From Myxococcales bacterium (GTDB lineage Bacteria > Myxococcota_A > UBA9042): a DNA stretch of 64,000 nt. The notes below the pieces were generated by a model. The model saw only the letters and a list, made by a program, of their open reading frames with translations. It did not search any database and was not told the DNA's origin. Shown piece by piece: positions 29,606 to 37,710 of the stretch. A program made the translations under genes and the position numbers. How positions within the stretch are numbered: position 1 is the stretch's first letter; each line of letters opens with the position of its first letter. The stretch covers positions 1 through 64,000 of the forward strand of contig JBBISH010000011.1 in NCBI GenBank assembly GCA_037441385.1, written 5' to 3'.

Positions 29606-30405
29606 GGCCTTTGGCTCAGCGCTCGCAAAACTTCTTGGACCAAGCGGGCTTCTAACTCGCCGGTCGCAGGCGGATCCAGGCGGCGCGCCGCCGGCGGCTC
29701 GGGCGGCGGACAGGCGTTCGTCTCGCAGCGGTAGGGCGGCGGCACGGGTCGCGCCAAGTCGAACAGCCGGTCGACCTCGCCGGTCTGGATCGGCGGCGCA
29801 CCACCCAACATCTTGACCATGCAGGCAATATTCGCCGTGTGTTCCAGGGCGTCCAGGCGGGCCAGGGCCAGGTCCAGCGTAGCCCCCACCGTCACCGAGC
29901 CATGGCGCGGCATGATGATGCAGTCGTAGCACGCCACATAATCACCAAGCACCTCGGGAACTTGTGTCGTAGTCGGCGTGGTGTACGGGGCGGTGGCGAT
30001 CTGCCCGACCGCAAAAATCACCTCGCTGACCAGGGGCTCAGACAGCTTGCCGCCAGCCAAGGTATAGGCAATGGCCAGCGGCGGGTGCGCGTGGATGACC
30101 GCGCCGATGTCGGGCCGACGCGCATAGCTGATCAGGTGGAGGCCCAACTCGCTGGACGGCTTGAGCGATTTTCCATCCGGCGCCTTGCCGGGCGTGCCGA
30201 TGACCCGGCCGGCCGCGTCGACCACCAGCATGTCCGCGGGCGTCAGCCGCCCCTTGTGGACCCCCGACGGCGTGGTCACGAATCGATCTTTTCCTAGCCG
30301 AATCGAGAGGTTGCCGTCCATGGCTCCGGACAGCTTGCGCGCATAGATTTCGCGCGCCGCCTCGGCCAATTGACTCCGCGCCGCCCGCTCGTCCAGATTC
30401 TGCAT
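29602..30405 (-). CDS. Class II aldolase/adducin family protein
   Basis: DGNLSIR, TPSGVHKG, KPSSELGLH, AVIHAHP, MPRHG. Confidence 0.88.
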   Translation of the reverse strand: MQNLDERAARSQLAEAAREIYARKLSGAMDGNLSIRLGKDRFVTTPSGVHKGRLTPADMLVVDAAGRVIGTPGKAPDGKSLKPSSELGLHLISYARRPDIGAVIHAHPPLAIAYTLAGGKLSEPLVSEVIFAVGQIATAPYTTPTTTQVPEVLGDYVACYDCIIMPRHGSVTVGATLDLALARLDALEHTANIACMVKMLGGAPPIQTGEVDRLFDLARPVPPPYRCETNACPPPEPPAARRLDPPATGELEARLVQEVLRALSQRP

Positions 30406-30429
30406 GGTGGCCCCAACCCCTTGTGGATC

Positions 30430-30903
30430 CTAGCGGTCTCTGGCCGCGTCCATCGGCTTGGCGTCAAAGCGCTTGGCGTCGATTTTCCAGCGCGGAAGCA
30501 GACAGTATTTGTCCAAAAGCAAGTACTTGGCCTCGCATTGCCGCGCCATCGGGATGTCGTAGCCCTTGCTTTTGTCGTCGCCGGGCCGCCGCACCCGCAC
30601 GCGCGCCTCGCCCACGGCGTCGTGCTCCACGCTCACGATGTTCTCGGTCGCCAGGTAGTAGTAGGGATGGCGCGGACTTTTGCTCAAATCCTCACCGCGC
30701 GACAGCGCCATCACGGCCGAAACCAGCCCGCGCGAGTCGTCGGTAAAGCCATCCAAAAAGCCCTCTTCGTCCCCCAGGGTGGCGCAGGCCACGGTGCGCA
30801 GCAGCGATTGGTCCGGCTTCTCGTCAAACTGCCAATACCAAACGCCAAAGAGCGCCGCGATCAGCAGCAGCAGGACCAGGATGGCGATCAGGACCTTCTT
30901 CAC
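30430..30903 (-). CDS. Hypothetical membrane-anchored protein
   Basis: N-terminal TM helix; GC3-biased codons. Confidence 0.6.
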   Translation of the reverse strand: MKKVLIAILVLLLLIAALFGVWYWQFDEKPDQSLLRTVACATLGDEEGFLDGFTDDSRGLVSAVMALSRGEDLSKSPRHPYYYLATENIVSVEHDAVGEARVRVRRPGDDKSKGYDIPMARQCEAKYLLLDKYCLLPRWKIDAKRFDAKPMDAARDR

Positions 30904-30942
30904 GCACAACTCCGAATTCGGCCGGCCGATTCGCGCCGCGGG

Positions 30943-31434
30943 CTACTTCTCGCGCACGCGGATGGCGGCGTTGAACGAATCCATGTCCAACAGCGCGATT
31001 TTCCACCGCCCTTCGACCAACTGCATGGGCACCATCAGGTTGCCCCGGCTGCCCTTGCCCTTGACCCACACCTTGGCCACCGTGGGCTCCGCCTCGACCT
31101 TGACGACTTCGCCCGCCGGCAAGACCGTGGGCGGCGGCTTGCAGGTGACAAAGACCGTGAATTGCCCTGTGGAAGTGCGCCCCACCTCCGGCGCCGCTTG
31201 GATCAGCTTGGCGGCCTTGGGCTCCACATAGCGGGCCAGTTCGCCAAGCCCGTCTTGCAGCCGCTCTTTGTCGCCGCACGGGATTTTGCCCAGGGCGTTC
31301 AGGGCATCGCGGGCGTTCTGCAGCACGGTTTCAGGGGGTTCGCGGCACGCGCTCGTCGCCAGCGCCGCGGCGATCACCAGCGCGATCGGCCACCGGCGCA
31401 GTATTTCGCTTGGAACTGTCAAGAGTTTCGTCAT
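30943..31434 (-). CDS. Hypothetical lipoprotein
   Basis: ALATSAC lipobox; C-terminal VEGRWKI strand. Confidence 0.6.
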   Translation of the reverse strand: MTKLLTVPSEILRRWPIALVIAAALATSACREPPETVLQNARDALNALGKIPCGDKERLQDGLGELARYVEPKAAKLIQAAPEVGRTSTGQFTVFVTCKPPPTVLPAGEVVKVEAEPTVAKVWVKGKGSRGNLMVPMQLVEGRWKIALLDMDSFNAAIRVREK

Positions 31435-31624
31435 CGGGGTCGCAACTCGGCAGCGCTCGGCGTTGTGCAGCCCTGGGCCCCCCATGGGCGCAAATCGGGC
31501 CACGCTATCGGCGCTAGTGTGACGCAGGCGGGCAAAACCGCAACACGCCGGGCGACGTTTTGGCCAAATCGCGCTATCCTTGCGCCGTCCACCGAGTTGG
31601 TTCGGTTCGCTTGCGGTAGCGCTC

Positions 31625-32434
31625 ATGGATTGGCTTGTCGACCTCGAAAGTCCCGAACTAGTCGGCCCTTCGTCCTGGTCGCCCGCGTCCATCGTCGCTC
31701 CAAGCAGCGCAGCCCAAGCCTCTACGCCCAAGGGCCGCCGGCGGGTCAAGGCCGTGCCCGCCTCGCCTTCGGTCGAACTGCGCGGCGAGCCCGCGACCAG
31801 CAGCGCCCGCTTCGTGGCCATCGCCGGCAACATCGGGGCGGGCAAGTCGACCATGACCAAGCTGCTTGCCGACAGCTTCAGCATCCAGCCCTTCTACGAG
31901 CCCAACGACAACAACCCGTATTTGAAAGACTTCTATGCCGACATGGGGCGCTACGCCTTCCACAGCCAGATGTACTTCTTGTCGGCCAAGTTCCGCGCGC
32001 ACCTCGAGTTGGGCAAGTTGCTCGCGGCCGAGCCGCGCACGGTGTTCGTGCAGGACCGCACCATCTACGAAGACGCCGAGATCTTTGCCCGCACGCTGCA
32101 CACCACCGGGATCATGAGCGAGCGCGATTTCGCCACGTACCAGTCGATGTACTGCGCCATTCGCGACAGCCTGCCCAAGCCGGACCTGCTCATCTACTTG
32201 CGCTGCTCGCTCAAGGGCCTGCGCAACCGGATCGCCAAACGCGGTCGCCCCGAAGAGCAGGCCATGGACCCCAAGTACTTGAAGTCGCTGCAAGACTCGT
32301 ACGACGACTGGTTCCAGCGCTACGATCTGGGCCCAACGCTGGTCATCGAGACGGATCGCCTGGACTATCTGCGCAACTGGGTCGATCGCGCCGAGCTCGA
32401 AGGCGCTCTAGCCCGCATCGTCGCCCGCTCCTGA
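31625..32434 (+). CDS. Deoxynucleoside kinase (dNK family)
   Basis: IAGNIGAGKST P-loop, NPYLKDFY, QDRTIYED, PDLLIYL, RIAKRGR. Confidence 0.92.
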   Translation: MDWLVDLESPELVGPSSWSPASIVAPSSAAQASTPKGRRRVKAVPASPSVELRGEPATSSARFVAIAGNIGAGKSTMTKLLADSFSIQPFYEPNDNNPYLKDFYADMGRYAFHSQMYFLSAKFRAHLELGKLLAAEPRTVFVQDRTIYEDAEIFARTLHTTGIMSERDFATYQSMYCAIRDSLPKPDLLIYLRCSLKGLRNRIAKRGRPEEQAMDPKYLKSLQDSYDDWFQRYDLGPTLVIETDRLDYLRNWVDRAELEGALARIVARS

Positions 32435-32448
32435 TCGTCTCGAACCTG

Positions 32449-35400
32449 CTAATCCTTGCGGTTTTCCGGCACCGGCTGGATGTCGCCGCACTGTCCGTCG
32501 CTCATGCACGGCTTCAGTTCAGGCCAAACCTTGCCGCCCGAGCCCAGGTACAGGCCGATGGCGTGCATGACCATCGCGCCGTGGTCAAAGAACGATTGCT
32601 TGTCGCAGGTAGCCGGGTCCTGCCCTGCCTTGCCTGCCGCCGACTTGCACCGGGCGCGCAGGGCGTCGACCTGCTCGCCAGGGTTCCAGAATCCGTGCTT
32701 GCCCTCTGGTTCCACGTACGGAAAGAAGGTGCCCGACTGGCCGCCGGCCTGGTCCGGACCGATCGCGTGCGTGTGCAGCGGCGGGCTTAGGCGCGGCACC
32801 GGCCAACCATCCTTGCCCTCGGGTGCCGGCGCGGCGAGCTGCACCTTTTGGCCTTGCGGCGGCAGACTGGACTGACCGGCCGCCACCGGCGTGGCGCTCT
32901 GCGACAGGTCTTCCACATCGAACAGGAGGCCATTGCCCGAGCCATCCAGAAAGCGCGGAATCTTGTCCACCGCTTCTAGCACGTAGGTATCGATGACGGT
33001 TTGGTTGACCGTTCGGCCGCCCCATTCGGCGATCTTCTTCTTCCAGTCCAACAGACCCGCCGCGCGGCCGATGGCCGCCCCGGTATTGACCGGCACGTTC
33101 ATGTCGCCAATGGTGTTCAACACGATCGCGTGAGTCCCCATGTCCGCGTCAAAGAAGTGCGAGGCCCACACCGCCGGGTCGGCCGGATCCAGGACCATCT
33201 GGGCAAAGCCAAAGAATTTTCGTAGTTCTGGCCGCGCTCGGTGCAAGCCCAGGCCTTCCGCTAACGGCGCCAGGGCCTCGCCCGCCTTGAATTGCAGCGG
33301 TGCCGAGCGGTAGTGGAAGGCAATGTCGTGGGTGAACTGGTCGACCACAAAGAGTTTCTTGGCGTCCAGCTTGACCGCGCAGGCCTTGTGCTTGAGCCGA
33401 TCGACTTGGCCCGACACGAACGCATCGCCCTTGTAGAACGTCAGCAGGTGCCGTTGCGGCGGCACGGTGATGTCCGAAGCGAGGCCGACGCGAAACGCGA
33501 GGCAGCGCGCGGTGCACACTTGCTTGTCCGCGACCGCGGCATCGGCCGTGCAGGTGGCCAAACAGCCCTTGTCCACAAACAGGCGGGCGCAGTCGTACTC
33601 GAAATTGCTGACATTGTCGGCGCGCACGCTGTCACCGGCGGCCAACTGGCCCCACAGCTCGGCGGGCACGCTCGCGACTTCTTTGTCGTACGTGTCGTTG
33701 AGCGACGGCACGATGGTGTGGATGCTCATCGTCGACGTCGCCGGGTTGGGCGTGCTCACGTACAGCGGCCCCATCAAGCGCAGCTGCACCGACTCGCGCA
33801 CACCGCCCTGGATCGACCGCACGCCCACGTCGATCAAACCGCCGCCGCCCGAAACCGGAACCACGGCGCTGATCTCGGTCTCTACGCCGCCCATCACGGC
33901 GCTCATGATGCCGCCCAGCGAGCCGCCCATCATGAAGATCGGCATCGTCGGCCCGCCCACGTCGACCACGCCGTCGCCGTCGGTGTCGCCGGCCAGGTCG
34001 TCCAACTTGCCGTTGCCGTTCAGATCCACCGGCCACACCGTCTTGCCGTCAAAGGCGCGCAAGATCCGCACCAACTGCATGTAGTCCACGGCGGTCTGGC
34101 GCACCACGTCGCGGGTGTGGAAGGTATAGGCAGTCCAGAAGTCGGCGCCCGAGTCGGCTAGACCGTCCAAGTCCTGATCCCAGTTGCGATTGCTGGTCAG
34201 CGCTTTGGCCAGGTTCAGCAGGCCAAAACCACCAAAGACGTTGGTCAGCAGCGCGCTGTCTTGCTTGCCCAGGGTGAAGCCGTGGCTCACGTTGTCGATG
34301 GCGATGGTGATAAAGCCCATGCGCGCCAAGTACGGGCCAAAGCTGAAGGCTTCGGTCTTGTTGCCCGTATAGCCGTGGCCCAGGATCACGATGCCGCGCG
34401 GCTTGCCGTCGGGCGTGGCCTCCTTGCGCGGGGTCATCGCCCAAAACGTCACGGTCTCGCTGCGGTCCTTGGCCTTCTTGCTCGCCACGTCGGGCGGCCA
34501 GCTCATGTCGTTGTAGCCCAGGTAGTGGCCGTCTTTGTCTTGGCGGTCGAACAGTTGCGGGCTTTGGTAGGTGCCAAAGAAGTGCACGCCCACGTACTTG
34601 AGCGCCTCGCCAAAACGCTTGGACTGTTCCGGCCCGCCCGTGCCGACCAAACCACCCGCGATGATGAGCTGGGCGACTTGCTGGAACGACTCGCCAGAGA
34701 GCGTGTACTTCGTCTCGAATTTTGGATGCTTGGGGTCGTTGTCGAACAACGGCAGCAGTTCGCCGAGTTGGGGCGGGTAGGCCTCGTGCAGGTGCTTTTG
34801 CGCGCCGGTGCCATACAAACCCTGGCGAACTGCACGCAGGTCGGCCTCAATGCTGCCCGTGGTGAACGACCAGGCAAAGGCGATGTCGCCCAGACCCAGG
34901 CCACCAAAGTCCTTGCCGTGACTAGCTAAAATCCCTTCCAAGGGCCGCAGCGCCTCGGTCTGCTGGAGGTGGTGGATGTATAGGCCCGGCGATCCCACGG
35001 GCTTGCCCTGCAGGTCCAGCACCCGCCGCGTCACCAGCACGGCGTAGGTGGTGCGCTCGCGCAGCGGAACCAAGGGCCGCAACAGAAGCGTATTGGTCTC
35101 GCGCTCGTAGAACGTCATCAGCGCGTCGGCGCGCTCGGCCAGGTTCATCTCGCCGGGCTTCTTGGTGACGCCGGGCAAGTAGTTGGGCTTGTCCAGTACA
35201 CCGTCCAGGTCGTCGTCTTCGCCCGGGTCCAGCGCGCCATTGCCATTGGCGTCCTCGTCGTGCTCTTCAAACGACAGTGTCAGGCTGTCGCCGCGCGCGT
35301 CGCCCCGCCAATAGCCGCCGATTTGCTCCAGTACTTGCGGGAAGTTGCCGTTGCCCACGTCCAGCTCGCGCGGCTGGCCAAAGGTAGGCGACCCCTCTGT

Positions 35401-35799
35401 GATATCGACCAGATAGACCGCGTCATCGGCAAAGGCGTAGTCGTCGCCGTGGTGCCGCAGCATGAGCGACTTGGGATCGATGGGCCCGTCGAACGGCACG
35501 CTGATCGGCGAATACGTGCCCCAACCGTCCAGCTGATCGACCAGCTGACGCGTCCGACTTTCCATGTTAGTGTCGGCCAGTTGCGAAGCATTGATGCGCC
35601 GCAGCGTGGGCGAACTGGCGTCGTAGCGCGTCGCCAGGTCGTTCGGCAGCGGAATTTCTGGCAGCGGCTTGGCGTCAAAATCGATCTTGACGTGGACGCT
35701 GGCGGCGCCGGCTTTGGCCAAGCCCTCGGGCTCGCTCTGACAAGCGCTCGCCGCCAGAACTAGCCACAAGTGCGCGAACCATCTTGAGTGCCTCTGCAT
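32449..35799 (-). CDS. Large lipoprotein with alpha/beta-hydrolase (lipase-like) domain
   Basis: LAASAC lipobox; IPLPND and LDGWGT N-terminal motifs; ILGHGYTG; nucleophile elbow GGSLGG; late KHGF. Confidence 0.7.
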   Translation of the reverse strand: MQRHSRWFAHLWLVLAASACQSEPEGLAKAGAASVHVKIDFDAKPLPEIPLPNDLATRYDASSPTLRRINASQLADTNMESRTRQLVDQLDGWGTYSPISVPFDGPIDPKSLMLRHHGDDYAFADDAVYLVDITEGSPTFGQPRELDVGNGNFPQVLEQIGGYWRGDARGDSLTLSFEEHDEDANGNGALDPGEDDDLDGVLDKPNYLPGVTKKPGEMNLAERADALMTFYERETNTLLLRPLVPLRERTTYAVLVTRRVLDLQGKPVGSPGLYIHHLQQTEALRPLEGILASHGKDFGGLGLGDIAFAWSFTTGSIEADLRAVRQGLYGTGAQKHLHEAYPPQLGELLPLFDNDPKHPKFETKYTLSGESFQQVAQLIIAGGLVGTGGPEQSKRFGEALKYVGVHFFGTYQSPQLFDRQDKDGHYLGYNDMSWPPDVASKKAKDRSETVTFWAMTPRKEATPDGKPRGIVILGHGYTGNKTEAFSFGPYLARMGFITIAIDNVSHGFTLGKQDSALLTNVFGGFGLLNLAKALTSNRNWDQDLDGLADSGADFWTAYTFHTRDVVRQTAVDYMQLVRILRAFDGKTVWPVDLNGNGKLDDLAGDTDGDGVVDVGGPTMPIFMMGGSLGGIMSAVMGGVETEISAVVPVSGGGGLIDVGVRSIQGGVRESVQLRLMGPLYVSTPNPATSTMSIHTIVPSLNDTYDKEVASVPAELWGQLAAGDSVRADNVSNFEYDCARLFVDKGCLATCTADAAVADKQVCTARCLAFRVGLASDITVPPQRHLLTFYKGDAFVSGQVDRLKHKACAVKLDAKKLFVVDQFTHDIAFHYRSAPLQFKAGEALAPLAEGLGLHRARPELRKFFGFAQMVLDPADPAVWASHFFDADMGTHAIVLNTIGDMNVPVNTGAAIGRAAGLLDWKKKIAEWGGRTVNQTVIDTYVLEAVDKIPRFLDGSGNGLLFDVEDLSQSATPVAAGQSSLPPQGQKVQLAAPAPEGKDGWPVPRLSPPLHTHAIGPDQAGGQSGTFFPYVEPEGKHGFWNPGEQVDALRARCKSAAGKAGQDPATCDKQSFFDHGAMVMHAIGLYLGSGGKVWPELKPCMSDGQCGDIQPVPENRKD

Positions 35800-35814
35800 G
35801 GTCCCTCCCGCAGG

Positions 35815-37503
35815 CTACGGCGCCTCGCGGCCCAGCCAAGCCAGCGTAACTCGCCCAGCTGGAATCGGTTCGTTCAGGCCTGCCAGCGCGCCGCCGGGGA
35901 TCAGCACGCCCGCCTCAGCACAGAGGAGCAGGTGGGCCGGATAGTGCGGCACCGGCATGCGCCAACGCACGCCCGCGTCCAACTCGGCGCCCAGCAGCGA
36001 GCCCGTGGCAGCGTTGCCCAAGAAGTTGCGAGGAGAACCGCCACCTTCGCTGACCGTCCAGCGCGGGTCCGCGAGCGGCACCGACGTCCACGCCAGCAAA
36101 GCGCCGCCGTAGACCTCGCCGCGCTCCAAGAAGGTGTGGCCTACTTTGGGGAACACGACCCAGCTATTGGTCACCGCGCCGCCGGTCGCCAATCGATCCA
36201 GGTCCTCGGGCGGCTGGCCGACCAAGTTGGGGTCCGAGGCCGAGAGCCTCGCCCGTCCGGTCTGCCACGCAAGGACCCGCGGAAACAGCACGATGCCCAG
36301 CTGCGCGTTTGGGTCGGCCTTGAACGCCGTCACCTTGCCGTCGCCCAAGTTGGCATCGCCCGAGAGCCAAGCCAGGTCCAGCTGCGTGCGCAACCCAGGA
36401 GTCAGCTCGGCCGACGCCCGCAGCAGCGCAGCGCCTTGCAGCACGTCGTGCTTGGGGAAGTCGGGGCTGGGCGCCAACGTGGTCGTGCCCGCGATCAAAG
36501 CGGCCTCGCCCTGCAGGCGAATCGCGTGCAACGGCGTGGGCAGGCGCAAATCGAAGGCGCCGTCGACCAGACTGACGTCCAGGCCGCGCCCAGAGGCCGC
36601 GGTCTGACTCCTCCCGGCATAGTACAGGCCAAGCCACTCGTCCGACGCCACGTACCAGCGCACCGAGCCAACGACTTGATTGGCCGTGTCGCCGTCCAGC
36701 AGGACATCGTCGGCAAACACGCGGTCGACCGCGAGCGACACCGCCAGGCCGCGCAAGACCGAAGACGTGTTGCGGAAAGGGGTCAAGACCAGCGCGCCGC
36801 GGACCACGCGGTCGCCGACCCGCGGCACATAGAACCACTGCTTGTCCATGCCCTGGACTCGGCCATCGCGTGCGACCAAGCCATTGCCCCACGACGAGCC
36901 CATCAGGCCGCCGCGCACCTCCGCAATTTGATTCCAGTTCGCCCCGATCCAAGCTTCGGTTGGCTCTAGCTTGCCCTCGCGACTGGCCGGCAAGCGATCC
37001 CCGGGCAGCGGGGTCAGACCGCCCCAACCGCCGCTCAGCAGTTCGCCGCCCAGCGCGCCGCGCACGACCAAGCGGCCCAGCCAGCGGCCAGTCTGACCGC
37101 CCACGCCAAAGTGCAGGCGACCATCCAAGTCCGCATTCGCCGGCGATTTCGTGCCTGTGCGGTCGACCATGAACTGGCCCATTTGGGTAGCGGTGGCCAG
37201 GATCGCAACGTCGGGGTGCCAGCTGGGCCGATTGGCAGCTTCGCGCATGGCCAGGGCCATGACGCCGGGCGGCGTGGCGATCCGCTCCATAGTAGGCGTG
37301 GCCGATTCTGCTGGAGGCACAGCGGGTTTGCTGGCAGGCCCCTCGGCTGGCGTGGCGGCAGCGGGCGTATCGACCGCATCGGCCCAGGCTGGCCCCGTTC
37401 CGGCCAGCGCCAGCACCGCCCAACCCAACAAGGTCAAGCGCGGCAGGAGCACGCCCGGCCGGGCCCAACTCCCAGCGCCCCAGGGCGTTCGCGTGCGAGA
37501 CAT
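35815..37503 (-). CDS. Putative outer-membrane beta-barrel (alginate-export-like)
   Basis: Signal peptide ending PAWA; amphipathic strands; SGDAN...LGAELDAGVRW pattern. Confidence 0.6.
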   Translation of the reverse strand: MSRTRTPWGAGSWARPGVLLPRLTLLGWAVLALAGTGPAWADAVDTPAAATPAEGPASKPAVPPAESATPTMERIATPPGVMALAMREAANRPSWHPDVAILATATQMGQFMVDRTGTKSPANADLDGRLHFGVGGQTGRWLGRLVVRGALGGELLSGGWGGLTPLPGDRLPASREGKLEPTEAWIGANWNQIAEVRGGLMGSSWGNGLVARDGRVQGMDKQWFYVPRVGDRVVRGALVLTPFRNTSSVLRGLAVSLAVDRVFADDVLLDGDTANQVVGSVRWYVASDEWLGLYYAGRSQTAASGRGLDVSLVDGAFDLRLPTPLHAIRLQGEAALIAGTTTLAPSPDFPKHDVLQGAALLRASAELTPGLRTQLDLAWLSGDANLGDGKVTAFKADPNAQLGIVLFPRVLAWQTGRARLSASDPNLVGQPPEDLDRLATGGAVTNSWVVFPKVGHTFLERGEVYGGALLAWTSVPLADPRWTVSEGGGSPRNFLGNAATGSLLGAELDAGVRWRMPVPHYPAHLLLCAEAGVLIPGGALAGLNEPIPAGRVTLAWLGREAP

Positions 37504-37555
37504 GGCGTCCTTTGGCGGCTCCAGGGGCCGCGGCGACAACGGGTGCCGTGGCGGC

Positions 37556-37585
37556 AACGTACGCAGATCGGCGCCAGAGCGTCAA
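37556..37585 (-). promoter_or_regulatory. Putative sigma70 promoter for the barrel/hydrolase pair
   Basis: Minus-strand TTGACG-18bp-TACGTT, ~50 bp upstream of ATG 37503. Confidence 0.4.
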
Positions 37586-37710
37586 GGGGCCGGCAGCGGT
37601 CGCAGGTCCAGAGACTTGTGCTGCGTAGTCTGGCGCGGGCATCGCAAAACGGCCGCCCCGCCCACCTGCCGCAGCAGGCCGACGAGGGCCGCAAACCCTT
37701 GTGCGTGCGA

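Noticed and set aside
35815..37503. Second beta-barrel as part of the cytochrome conduit
   Set aside because: It is separated by ~200 bp containing a weak hairpin and its own sigma70-like promoter, and is tightly linked to the hydrolase instead. Membership is not excluded but is unsupported.
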